Positions 11,241 through 24,462 of a DNA stretch of 64,000 nt are shown here, piece by piece. The notes below the pieces were generated by a model. The model worked only from the letters and a program-made list of their open reading frames with translations. It did not search any database and had not been told where the DNA came from. Each line of letters starts with the position of its first letter. Position 1 is the first letter of the stretch. A program made the position numbers and the translations under genes. The stretch is from the NCBI GenBank assembly GCA_028534125.1, contig CM052818.1:6078001-6142000 (forward strand), given 5' to 3'. The stretch comes from Lama glama. Its lineage: Eukaryota.

Positions 11241-13014
11241 CACTGTTCTTGATCACTGCAAAACTAAAACAAAAATCAAAACCACTCTCCCAAAGAATGT
11301 GTACTCGTTGAGGATTTTTGTGAAGATCTGTAGGGAGGCAGGATGCTTACAGCACAGCTCTGCAAATAATGTGTACTTTAAGGTTAGACCCCTATTTCTC
11401 TTGAAGTTTCCTTTGGTCACTCTGTCAGTAAATCTCATGTCACATTGCATGACCCTCCTCTCTCCTCCCAGTCTCCCTAACCTCTAGTTGCTTTAAAAAA
11501 AAAATTCTTCCACTTTTGCAGAAAATTTCACTCTTTACAGTCTCCACCCCTAACCTGGACTCTGACAGCACTCAAAGCCTGTGTAACATCTGCTCCAGCC
11601 CCCACCAGGATCAGCTCCGGGGGAGACAGTCTCAGTGCTCCTGACTCCACTGACATGAGTTATGTGCCCTTCTCAAAATGCAGGAGAGGCTAAAGCCAGC
11701 ATCGGCTTTAAATAATCTTTCCCCTCCATCTGAGAGGACGTTTGTCACTGAGGCACAATGGTTTGACTTCAGAAGATGACCAGACAGAGACTTCCGGTTG
11801 TCACTGCATTGTGGGATACTCATTGAAAAGCTTCTCTAGGTTCTGATAACACGACAAGTCACTACCTATTAGCTCCAGATAATGATCCCAGGCTTGATTT
11901 GTGGACAGAACTCGTCAACCTGACCCCGTTGCCACCTGAAGAGGGTGGCTTCTAGTGACCTGGGCACTGACGTTCTGCGCCTCCAGTTCTCATGTGGTAG
12001 AGAGACAGGTCTGAGACGGGACAAGCTCAACAGCGCCAGGACTACACACCACCCTGTGATGCAGGGCAGGATGAGAGGCAGCAAATACGTTCCAATAAGT
12101 ACCAGCAAAAATACAGTGATTTACTTCGATACATCATAAATGAAAGATGTCTGTATCTCTATATTTATATTTTCAACAGTCCTGTTATTTCCTGTGAGGA
12201 GTTTAAATCTACCATACTAGGTACACAAAACTAGGGCAAAACGCAGCAAACACAAATATTAACGTTTTCAGTGACATCACTAACTGAAATACACTTTTCC
12301 CCGAAGTCTAGACCCAGTGCCATACCTTGGTTCAGCTAGTATTGCCCTTATGTATTTTTCTCATATCACAACTAGAAAAATCCAAAACAACAAAATGTTC
12401 TTTGAGCTAAGCCCGAAACAAGCCAATGGTTCATTTAGTTTACCTCATGGATTTTCATATTAATAACAAACAGAAACAAGCTACCAAACAAAAACATCCC
12501 TCTGACACTGAAATATTGTTCCTCTCTAGAGCAAAGTAAAGCAAATATCCGTATTTTTTTCCTCACGTAAGTTCTGTGATCCAGTGATTAAAGAACTAAA
12601 TAAGAGAATAATCTCCCTGGTCTGCAAAAGGTTAATTAATCATAACTCAATTTTTTTTCCTTTTTCTTGCTAATTCTCCAAAAGGGAAGGAAAGTGATAA
12701 CTTTACACATAACTCGAATATAGGGGCTACAGATATACATAATGAAAAATTTGAGGCAGAAACCCAAAATAAATAGACACAATTTAAAGAGAACTGGACA
12801 GAATTTAGGGGGAAAAAAAAAAAAACTCTTCCAACCCTGTGTTCATTCTTAGTAGCACAAGAGATACTTTATATTTTCTTGGCAGTGTTTAAGCCATTCA
12901 AGCACTATTGCTATAACTTTTTTGTCACTTCATAAGCTTTATTTCATAGTTTCAACTTTTAAAAGAACTTTATTCATTACCCCAACTCAAAATCTAGTAG
13001 GCACATTTTAAGTA

Positions 13015-13034
13015 TGCTGCCACCAAGTGGCAGT
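13015..13034. promoter_or_regulatory. CTCF-like motif, palindromic
   Basis: Minus strand CCACTTGGTGGCAGCA, plus strand CCACCAAGTGGCAGT; both near the CTCF core CCASYAGRKGGCRS; motif match only. Confidence 0.5.
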
Positions 13035-14744
13035 CCTGCTACAGTCACCTGATTCAAAAACAAAAACCTTTGGCTCTGCTTGTCACTCAGAAGTACATCT
13101 CTACTAACTCCATTCTCTTTTATACTTATTAAGTCTTTTTACCAACTTAATATCCCACCACTGATACATCAAAAACAGCTACATTTGCAGTCACCCAATA
13201 ATATATTTCCTTTTTCTCTAGCATAAAATCCTTCCAAATGAAAATTCTAAGTAGAAACAGAATTGTCTTCCATGGCTACCAACAGCCAGGTTTAAATCGA
13301 TGGTCTCAAAGATTGTATTTTAGAGCAACTTTTAAAGAAATGAACATCTAAGTTTCAACTAAGCACCCTTTTTGTAATTCTTAGCCTTTCTTTAAGTCAG
13401 CTTATCTGAATTGCTAAGCTTGGCATCAAAATCATCTCTCAGCAATCTGTTCAAAGCTTCTGAGTTCCCTCAGACTCAAATAGTCCTCTGGGCTTCGCTA
13501 ACATCCCATCTATTCTCTTTCTGTTTCACGAACAGATATTCTAGGTACCTCATCCAGGCTGTTGGAATGGATCCAGTGCTCAAAGCTTCTTCTTCGTTTC
13601 TTTTTCATATCACAGCAGAGAGTACACAAGCCTTCTTTTCTATTTCTCTACAAGTAGCTAAGTTTCCACTTTATTCATCTTTGTCCCGACTTTCCTAATT
13701 CCCAAGCAGCTATTTCCAATAAGAGCATCTGGCAGAACTTGTTAAAACTAATTTCTGGAGGACTTAATTAGTGACATCAAGCTCTCAACTGCCTGAGCAA
13801 TACACTCAGATCTTTCAGCTTTGTAAACTGTCTCGATGATACTTTAAAAAAAGAAAGCCTCAGAAGCTGTTTTCTGAAGGCACCTACATCCCTTACACAG
13901 AGGAGACATCTTTTACAATGCAAAGTTGGGTACTTTTTTTGACAGATACTTAAATTGGCTTCATGACGAGGGGGAATATTCCATATTGCTTCGAGGGGCA
14001 TGGTTTACTATCCATTCAAACTCAGCTATGTGCACAGCTCTAGAAAAAAGTGAAAATGGGATGCTCTTAAAAGTAATATTAATAAATCAGCCACAGAGGC
14101 TCCATTCTTCTAATACAAAATGTCTAAACCTCTCCTTTTCCTCTTCTTTTACTTTCCCCTCTCCACCCCCTCTTCCTTCCTCTCCTACCTCCCTGTCCTC
14201 AGTCTCTCATAAACCTCCTTCTCTGTTTAGCCTTTTCTCAATGCCGGGATTGCCAGCCCTTCTGCTGACTGGGCTCACCACCCAGCCTGCTTCCAGTCAT
14301 GGTCCCAGGAGAGGAGAGCTTCCACACTCAGCGTCTCCTAAAACCTCTGCCTGTTCCCAGTAATTCCAGCCAGCCCCATTGACAGCCCCACCTCAGTGAG
14401 AAAAAAACATCCAGTGAAACACAAATGTGTCTTTTTATTGCAGAAGAATAAAGGTTTGATTCACCCACCAATGTTTAAAATCCTTGTATTTTTCTCTCCT
14501 TCACTGCTATTTCCAAGGATCCAGAAGCCAGGAAGACTACCCCCCATACAAACTCCACCTCTCTGGAATGTTTTGCCTGTAAAGTTAGGGGACTGAACTA
14601 GTTGAACTGTTCAGCTTAAAATGAATAGATGCCATCCTTAGCCAAATAAATTCAAATAGTTTCTGGCTAAGAATACTAACACGTAAAGAACATTATTTAT
14701 GGGCTTCCTGCTATGTTCCAGACACTAACACACTATATAATCAC

Positions 14745-14965
14745 AGTAATAGTTGACATCAGTTTGGGCCAGCCAAGTGCAGAGCATTCCATGATGCATT
14801 ATCTTGTTTGCCCCCTCGACAACATTATGACATGTGTACTATCAGTATCCTCCTTCTGCAAAGGAGGAAATCAAGGCACAGAGAGAATGAAAAACTTGTT
14901 TAATACCACACAGTTAATAAGTGGTAGAGACAGTCAATTTGACTCCAGTAGGCAGGGTCTTAATC
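14745..14965 (-). mobile_element. MIR SINE
   Basis: 'gaggaaatcaaggcacagagag...aaaacttgtttaataccacacagttaataagtggtagag...tttgactccagtaggcag'. Confidence 0.7.
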
Positions 14966-15329
14966 AAAACAATCTACTCAGAACAGCTCTACTAAGAGGG
15001 TATTGTTATCACCACCCTGTAGTGAATGCTGAATCATATGCTGAATCACCTCCCAGACAGAACCTCCAGGTCCTTAATCAGAAACATGCATCAGTTCTCA
15101 CTGTGATGGGTTCTTAAAACTGAGAGCATCCTGACCATGTATAAACTGATATCCATACAGAAATGTTAGAAAAAGAGAAACAGAACTGCCTTAAGCAAAT
15201 ATCATATCAACAGAATATACTACACAGATTAAGACTTTTAACAGAAATGGCATAAAAATATGTTAATGTTATAGCGTTAAATGTAAAAATGGTCATTAGG
15301 ATATTATCATTTTTTATTTCTAGAAATTC

Positions 15330-16110
15330 TTTTTATGAATCTGCTTGCTGTTTACTCATATTTTACTCTGCCTTATAAAACATATTATTTTATATCCTGT
15401 GGCTGATCTTTCCAAAACCTGAGGTTTTTTTTAAGGTCTTATTTTGCTCTCTGTTGTTTCTGCTGGCTCTTGCCAATGGTCTGTTATCTCTTTGTATGTT
15501 TAAGGATTTTTGACTATAAAGAGCTAACTACCGTTAGAATTTTACCTATAAAAAATCTTTGAGGCTTAGGATCAATGTGAACTCCTCAAAAAGAGATTAG
15601 TGTTTGCTTCTGTCAGCTTCTGGAGACATTACCAATACTGATAAACTTTAAAGAAGTTTATCAGCTTGAGACATTTTAGGCCACCCAGGTGATAGCTTAC
15701 GGTTATCAATTTTCAGGAGAGCTTTTTCCAAGGTTGAGATAATTATCCCTGAAATCCAAGTGAACAGAGGGTCTCTTAGTTTTATTTTTAATTCACCCTT
15801 GCACGGTAGGTGTAACCCCATGGAGCCCCATCGATCTTGGGGGTCTTCTATTAGACTCACTTCCTTGGGTGGGCCTGGAGCTTCCAAACCTCAAATCCCA
15901 AGGAACTTTACAAAATGATGCTCAGTTTGACCCAGACGATGTCCTCAGGGCAGTAGCTGGGCTCCCACCTTCATCCAGTCCTATGCCCAAGTATTCCTTA
16001 CTTTCTTACAAATGTGTGGACAAATTTTAAAAGATATCTAAAAATACTACTCAGCATATTTAGTTGTTTTCAGTGGAAGGTGGGTTCAGGCTCTTGCCCA
16101 CCATTTCACC
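15330..16110 (-). mobile_element. Ancient L1M-type fragment
   Basis: Degenerate 'ctttgaggcttagg...ctcctcaaaaagagattagtgtttgcttctgtcagc' and 'cagcatatttagttgttttcagtggaagg' resemble old L1M segments. Confidence 0.4.
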
Positions 16111-17034
16111 ATCTGGGCAGGTTATTCTATGGCACTGAAACACAATTTCCATATATAAGATGATTTAACATTAATAACAGCATTAATTCCATAGCTTGTT
16201 ATTAAGATTGAATAGGTTTAGCTAAGTGAAAACCACTTTGAAAATCATCAGGTCCTACATAAATAGTAGCTGTAACTGATATCCCTTCCTTTCCTCATTC
16301 ACAAATATTTATTAAATGCCTACTGTGTGTCAGGCACCATGCGAGATACAAAGGCAGAGCAGTGACAGAGAAAAAAAAAGAGAAGAAAAGCTAGGGCAAA
16401 GAAGAGGGCACGTAGAAAGTTACAGTGTGACTCAGCATATTGAAGTTTCTGAGACCCGCCTCCACCTACCTACATGGGAGAAGCCAGAACTACACATTCC
16501 AATTTAACCCCATTGGTCTCCCGTGGCCAAAGAGGATTTAGGTAGACAGCCTGAGAGCACCTTCAAGGCACCTTCTTGCTGAATCAGCAAGAGTAAAACC
16601 AGAGTGAAAGGAACCTCTGATAGGGCTTGTGGGGTAGGGGGTGGGGAGAGTGGAGACTAGTGCTTTTCATCATAATTTTTTGGAACAATCTGATTTCTTA
16701 CTGTATTTCTTACTATACACACACACACACATACAAACACACACACACATACCTTACTATATATATATGGTTTGATTAAAAAGAAAAATAATTTTTAAAT
16801 TCTCGCACTCATACCCTTGGTGTGTGGCTAATGAATTCTAATGAGCAATATACACACATATCGGCAGGAAAGGCCTGAAATCTATACTGGTCAGTGTCTC
16901 CTAGAGATTCTCTATCATTGAAGGCCTTCTATAGATATCTGTGAATGAGTAAGTGGGAGAGTGACCAGATGAATGAATGAAAATGAAGCCATGTTAAGAA
17001 AGGCAATAGGTAGTGATTAAGACTGGAACACATA

Positions 17035-18166
17035 TTTTGCACAGCAAAGGAAACTATATACAAAATTGAAAGGCAACCTATGGAATGGGAGAAAATATTT
17101 GCAAACAATGCAACTGACAAGGGATTAATTTCCAAAATATACAAACAGCTCATACAACTCAATATCAAAAAACAAAACAAAACCAAAAACAAACAGCCCA
17201 ATTAAAAAAATGGGCAGAAAACCTAAGTAGACGCTTCTCCAGTGAAGACATACAGATGGCCAACAGGCACATCAAAGGCACTCAACATCTCTAATTATTA
17301 GAGAAATGCAGATCAAAACTACAATGAAGTATCACCTCACATGGGTCAGAACGGCCATCATTAAAAAGACTACAAATAATAAATGCTGGAGAGGGTGTGG
17401 AGTAAAGGGAAACCTCCTACAGTGTTGGTGGGAATGTAAACTGGTGCAGCCACTGTGCTGAACAGTGTGAAGGTTCCTCAAAAAACTAAAAATGGAGTTA
17501 CCATATGATCCAGCAACTCCACTCTTGGTCATATATTTGAAAAAGACAAAACCTCTACTTTGAAAAAATACATGGACCCCCATGTTCACAGCAACACTCT
17601 CTACAACAGCCAAGACATGGAAGGAACCTAAATGTCCATGCAAAGATGAATGAATAAAGAAGATGGGATGTATATATGTAATGGACAATTACTCAACCAT
17701 AAGAAAGAATAAAATAATGCCATGTGCAGATCATGGATGGACCTAGAGATTATCATACTAAGTGAAGTAAGTCAGACAGAGAAAGACAAATATCATATGA
17801 TATCACTTATATGTGGAATCTAAAAAAAAGACATGAATGAACTTCTTTATAAAAGAGAAACAGATTCACAGACATAGAAAACAAGCTTTGGTTACCAAAG
17901 AGGAAGTTGGGGAGGGATAAATTAGGAGTTTGGGATTAACAGATACACACCACTAAATAAAAAATATAAATATAAAATAGATAAACAAAAAGGACCTACT
18001 GTATAGCACAGGGAACTATATTCAGTATCTTATAAAGATGCATAATGGAAAAGAATCTGAAAAAGAATTTATATATATATATATAACTGAATCACTTTGC
18101 TCTACACCTGAACCTAACATAACATTGTAAATAAACTATACTTCAATTAGGGGGAAAAAAAAAAAA
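17035..18166 (+). mobile_element. 5'-truncated L1 (ORF2 C-terminus, 3'UTR, polyA), cetartiodactyl type
   Basis: 'tttgcacagcaaaggaaac', 'aaatgctggagagggtgtggag', 'gtaagtcagacagagaaagacaaatatcatatg'; 3'UTR 'ggagggataaattaggagtttgggattaacagatacaca'; A-tail 18155-18166; ORF disrupted. Confidence 0.95.
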
Positions 18167-18349
18167 GAACCACACACACACAAGCCTACAGGTGACCTGC
18201 ACAGAAACTGCTGTAACACTATAATTCCCGTGGGAACATACAGCTTCGTGCTAGGATGGAGGCTTGGTGAACTGAGCCTGGGCTGAATTTCAGCTCCCAC
18301 TAGCCCTCTTGGCTGGGCCCCTTTATGCATTGGAAAACCTGCTCAGCTG

Positions 18350-18545
18350 AGTTAAGATTACAGTTTGGAACCAGATGCAAGGGTTGGAATCTTCTCTCCT
18401 CCTCCTACTAACACTATGACTTTAGACAAGTAACTAAGCCTCCAGTTTCCTCATAAGTAATGTGGAGATAACACTACCTGCCAAAGAGGCTTGTTATGAA
18501 GATCTGAGTGAGTGCATGCAATACGGCACTGAGAATATTGTTTTT
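18350..18545 (+). mobile_element. MIR SINE
   Basis: 'ctatgactttagacaagtaactaagcctccagtttcctcata...aatgtggagataacactacc'. Confidence 0.7.
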
Positions 18546-19124
18546 AGATAATGATTGGTCAATTCATGTAGGCCATACTCCAGCATCACTCACCCTGGGC
18601 ACATTGGTAAAATGACTTCGGTTTGCAGGACGACTTAGCTGCAGTGCACATGTGGGGTTTTTCTTCCAGAGGACAGAGCACTGAGTGTGGAGACTGGAAA
18701 CCTCTTTCCCAGTGACATCTCCACCATCCACCACACATCAGCTCAAAGCCGAGTGACTTGGAGCAGCGCAATTCACCTTCTTGACTATCAAGCTTCTTTG
18801 GCTCTTAAATTGAACTAATAATGTCTCAGAGCCTTGCTCTGAAGTTTAAATGGGAAAGCGTTTCCATTGTAAAGCACTGTATGATCAGACGGAATAGGAA
18901 GTAACTGAACAGCATAAAGCATAAATCCATTCCCACGTTCCTCCTACACCCACACATGTGGGAGCCACTCAGTAGATACTTCTGTATAAATAGATAAATA
19001 AATAAATACATTTGTCAGTGAGTAAGAGCTTAACAGTGTTTTTCAAAAGGATTTATGGGTCATCCATATCAATGTTACCTGGAGAAACTGCTCCAAAAAA
19101 TCCTGCAGAGTCGGCGACATTGGT

Positions 19125-19265
19125 CATTCTCAACTTTGACCGCGCTCTGAACTAACCTGAGGGGCCGTCAGAACTACTGCCGTCTGGGCCGCACTCCCGG
19201 GATCTAGATGGAATTGGTCCGGGCTCCTGGACATTCAGAGCTCCCTTGGCTGATTCTAATGTAAA
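19125..19265. mobile_element. MER5B-like hAT-Charlie remnant
   Basis: 'ttctcaactttgacc...aactaacctgagggg...ctgggccgcactccc...gctcccttggctgattctaatgt'. Confidence 0.55.
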
Positions 19266-19524
19266 GCTCTAACTTGACAGGCCCGCGTAAGGCTAACACC
19301 GATGCTTGGCAACCCCGAAGTCATGTCCAGTGCCCTTCTTCCTTGCCACTCCCCTCCAGGAAGCCTGGAAGGAGAAATGACTCATTTTCTCACCTTTCAT
19401 TTAAAATTAAGGGGGTGACCATGTGCCCAGGTGTGGACCGAGGATCAGAGGTCTGTCAGGTCAGAGGAAGAGGCTTCTCTGATGCCTTCTTTGTTCTGCT
19501 AAAACGAGCCACTGTGTCTCACGC

Positions 19525-19755
19525 ACCACTTCTGGCTTTGCCCTCTTTCTGCCTTGAATGCCCAAGTGGCTGGCCCTGCCACAGACCATAAGAGAAAGGC
19601 CAACCAAGAGGACCCCAGAGGGGTCAGCATTGACATTGTTGAGCCTCTGAATCAACTTCAGCAACCACTGACTCCTGACCTTCTTGTTACGGGAGAAAAA
19701 CAAACCCCAAGTTCATTTAAGCCACCAAAATCCACCTTTCTGTAGCATGCAGATG
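19525..19755 (+). mobile_element. Old MLT1 (K/L-like) LTR 3' fragment
   Basis: 'tgacattgttgagcctctgaatcaac...gaccttcttgttacgggagaaaaacaaacccc...tttaagccac'. Confidence 0.6.
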
Positions 19756-22700
19756 AAGACAATCATGACTGACAGAAGGAGATCCTGTCTTTTCTCCTGC
19801 CCCAGTCTGCGGAGGAGACGCTAATATAATAAATACTTTCATAGAAAAGTGACTTCGAGTTTATGAGTTGGCCTGGGAAAGAACCTGAAGAGAGGCTTAC
19901 TTGAAGGTGCGGCCTCCTCTCATTAAAACCTCTCACCGACTGTCCCACCTGGTGAAACACCCATCATGTAAGAGGGAGAAGGGGCTTTCACTGAATGATC
20001 TCCTGGAAATGTTTCTTCCTTAACTGTTCCTTTACAGAGTTACACAACATTTAGATTAAGGACAGGCATTAAGAGAAAAAGTACGCCCTCCGTTCCTAAC
20101 CCACCCACCCCTCCCAACCTTGGGTGACTGTTCTGGGAGGGAAAACTGGGTTTACCCTTGGCTGATGCCAGCAGCTCCTTCTGAATTGCCTGGCAGAGGA
20201 TGAGCTGGTCTAGTGGCTTCTCCTGCCCCCAGCAGCCCCATCTTCCCACTAGCTCTCCACGTGCTACCAGCACAGGTGCGTCACTGCTCTGAGCAGCTGG
20301 CATAGGCCGTGAGGCTTCTCCTCTCTAGCTCCCTTGAAGGCAAAAGGCTCCATTCTCATATTCTTGGTCAAAGGCTCCCAGCTCCCAAAATGTCTATAAA
20401 AAGGGAGAGAAACAGAAGAGCAGGGTTCCTCTCCTGGAGCGTGACTTGTAGAGCACCCAACCGTGCCGGGTCCCCAGAGGCCCCTCCAGGAGGTGGCGAG
20501 TGAAAGCAGCTGTGCTCCTCCTGCTGATGACCCTCTGCCTCTAGGATCCCGCACGGATCATACAGTGTGTATAGCTCCTTCCTGGCTCTTCACTGCACAC
20601 GAAAACCAAAGGTTCCCTGAGCGGATGCAGGCTGCTCTCTCCCCCTCTCCACCTTGGGATCTCTACCACGCCAGAGAGTCACTCAACCCCATTACAAAAT
20701 TATATATTGGATTTCCCTACTCAAAGAAGTTTAAAGGCCCTCACATGCTCATTACATTAAAAATTTACGAACTGGCTCACCATATTGTGAACTCTAACAA
20801 CTTTCCCATCATTACCCCTGACCACTCTCAAGTGAAGCACTGGTACATATTGTTCTACTTCCTGCTTTGAGAGCACAATCTGAAAATTCCAACAAGATTT
20901 CTGAAGTCAAGGTAAAGCGCAGTATTTGACAAAATTGTTTAACTTCTGGAATTACCTAAGCAATTGTTTAAAATGCAGTTTAGCAGGATCTGCTCGAAGA
21001 AAACTTGATCCTTAAGCTGTAGGTTTGGGGATTCACCTTCTCACAAGTATAAAATGTGATTTTAATGGCTCAATGAATTTGGGAAACATGATGACTAGTA
21101 AAGAGAAAGAAACGCTCTTCTCCTGTCTTGTTCTGTTCAAAACCGACCCGTCCTTCAAAGCCTAACGCAGTCAGACTTCTTGTCTCCGAGGTCCTCAGAC
21201 CATTCCAGTTGTGGTGCTCCCCCGTGTCCTTCTCACTTGGCACTAGGCAGTCTTCCCAGTGGCCCATGTTGAAATTTAACCTTTCATGTGACTGTGCCTT
21301 ACCTCATTAACCCAAGGGTCCGTAAACAAAGGTGTGCACCAGAACTAACCAAGGAAGGCGCTTTCAAAGTACAGACGTTGGGGTGGCTTTGTTCCTGTCG
21401 ACTTTATCCAGAAGACGGTGATGCCCAGGAAACTGTATTCTGAAAAAGCTTCCCAGGTGATTCTGGTCAGTGCCCATCCCTCTTCTACTCCAGCTCACAC
21501 CACATTCTTTAGGAATCCTTGCACTGATCATACTGTGGGATCTCTGAGGGCAAGGACAGTGTCTGACCATTTCTTTCATTTTCACACAGTTTACCTCATC
21601 ATTTTGAATTTGGTGAAATGAATGTTCAGTCAAGATGCATGTACTGTTTTAATGCTTGATTGATAACTGATTGAAAAGATTAAAAAAAAAAAAACGGTCC
21701 CTACAGTGGCCAACAGTTAATTTTCATTCAGCTTCTATTCCCAGTCCATGCACTCACACTATACCTTTTTGCTTGCAAGTTCTGAAATGTCTGATGAATC
21801 TACTTGTTCCATACATAGGAATGATACTCAAAAAATCAGTAAGAGATGCCATATACATTAGAAAGATGGATGGCCTCTCACTTTTCCCAGAGCACCAAAT
21901 CAAGGGCTCCCCTACCCATCCCAAATGTCACATACATGGAAAATCTGGGGCCACGTCCAGAGGCAACGTCAATGCGAATCTCCAACGCCCATGGAACTAC
22001 CTCAGAGGCTGCTCTGACATCCTTCAATATAATGGCCATGTTTAATGCAATGGTCTCACATTAAAACAGGTGCCACCCAGCAAGTAACAAAACCAGGAAA
22101 GAAAAAGTGCATTATTGGGGTTAGCCTAGCAATTAGAATAATACGGCAGCTCGGATGGTGACTCTATAATTCTGTTGTAGGAAAGTCTTTGCACGTGTAC
22201 TGAACATCTCTTCTCTCCTGGGTTGTCAAGGAATCTGTTGCAGCAGTTCCTTAAAATGTAGTGTGTTGTTAACAAACAGCAATCAGGCACTGACAGCTCA
22301 TGGTGATTGATTCGTCATGTTGGTTTCAGTTACCCATCGGGGCTTTGAGGGAAAGGAATGTAAGACAGGTAAATTTTGATGGACGAGGAGATACTGGTAA
22401 GGGGAGTACAGCTAATTATGGCATGCCAGTGAAGGTTCTGGCTGGCCAGGAGATGAAAAGAGCCAGGGGAGGGGAGGAGAAGGTGATGAAAGAAAGTGAT
22501 TTAAGAGTTGAAGGGACATTAGGCTGACTCTTGGTGTCATCATTCCAAAAAGTATCAGGAACGTGGATGTGCTGTGTTTGGGATTATGAAAGTGGTACAC
22601 TAGGAAACTGTGTGAATCTAACTCCCAGGATCTAAAAGGGACCAGCCAGTGTAAACCTCCAAATAGGAATAAAGTCTGATTCTCGTTCAGAAACTACTGG

Positions 22701-24462
22701 TTTAACTCACAGACACAGATCACCCACCACAGACGGGGGTCCCCTGGTGGGCCTGCCCGCTTCACTCCAAACCTCTGCATTCACTCCTCCGGACTACTAA
22801 GGCACTCTCAGTGTAAACGGACCCTCTCGTAATGAAATTTTACTCCTCAGTCCCAATGCAGCCTTATGAACAACTCAACCTCTCACTGGGCTGAACATCC
22901 ATCACTGCAGCTGCTTATGTGGGAGCAAACTGTTTTTCGGTACTGAACTTTAGAAATTAAGGAAATCTGAAAGGCCAATGAAATAAAGAAAGAAGGAAAG
23001 AGAGAGAGAGGGGGGAGCAGCAAAGACAGAAGGAAAGGAAAGAGGGAGGGAAAATGAAAGAGGGAGCGAGAGACGGAGGGGGCAGGGAGAGATGGAGGAA
23101 GGAACCAATGTTTCAGTCATAGTATTCATATGATCTTGGAAGTCTCCAGGGGGCAGGTGTGGCCTGCGTTGAGTAGAAAATTGACAGCAAGAACCAAGAG
23201 GTAAAAAGACAAAGATGGATGTACTCTTTCTCTTGATCACTCTAAAATTCCAGCCTTGAATGCCTTCCCCAAATCCAAATAGCATCTCTCCCAGTGCTCA
23301 TTAGCTTTGTCCACGGTTGCCAGGGCACTATCTCTGCAGCAAGATCTTGAGACTTGATAGGCTGAAAATGTGCCTGGGGTAGTGGAAATTAATGATTCCA
23401 GCAGTAGTCCAAGGTTTAAACAGAAACCAGAACTCCCTGCGAATCCCAGCTTCCCTATCAAAGGAAGCTCCCGTAAGCTACCTTATTTATGTGACCATAT
23501 CAGGCCTCTTCCAAAAAAGAGACAAAGCGAGTTAAGAACTTTGCAAGTGTAAAACTTGGGGCTTCCAAGGGATGTTTCTGGGGGAGAACCCCTGGGGGAC
23601 GAGAAAGGACTGTATTTGCTTGTATGTAAGGGGTACTAATTGCGCTGCTCTCTCATTGTGGTGGTCTCTGCAACTCTTGTCCTTACAACAGTCCCTGCTC
23701 ATTCTACTCACTGTCATGATGGAGCGCATATATTTTGAAGTTTAAGTTCTGGAAATTCACAATAAAATTTTAAAAAGCAAGTTTTGGTGCCCATTTTATC
23801 CAGAAGCCATAATCTACATCAACACACAATGAAGCAGTTCCATGAATGGGCTGCAGGGCTATCAGATGTGTCTGATACTCCAGGCTCTGTGGTTAAGGAG
23901 GATTGTAAAGGGGAGAAAGTTCTGTGAGATGGCTAAATCTCAGCTCTCCATCTGCACAATGAGAACAATAAAGAGCTGCCTGATAGGGTTGCTTCAGGGA
24001 TTTGATGATGGAAGTGGTATCTATTAGATACTGATTATGATGGTGACTACTAAGTCCTGTCCAGTCCTGGAAGGCCCTGTGGGGCACTGGGCCAGGGGTC
24101 CAAAAGCCTAGGTTTTATGCCCAACTCTGCCACACGTTAGCCACGTGGCCTTTGTTTTTGCCTTTTTATCCCCTAGGTTTTAGTTTCCTCATTTGTGAAA
24201 TGAAAGTCTTTAACCAGCTGATGTTAGATTAGCAACTGCAAATGCGCTGATTCTTCTGTGGAATATATTCTTTTTGAAAGAAGTTAGAGAGATCTGTGAT
24301 TACCACAGAGAGGCCATGAGAGGAAAGCAGCACCGCCTGGAAGTCTCGCATAAAGACAAACTTGATGGCCATATTCAAGGCCCCATCAGACACCAGTTAC
24401 ACACTCCCAAACTTTGCCCAAAGGCAGAAGTCTAAATGTGACATTTCTAAAATGTGAATACT

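Noticed and set aside
17026..18176. TSD for the L1 at 17035-18166 (gaacacata vs gaaccacaca)
   Set aside because: Too short and too degenerate to support
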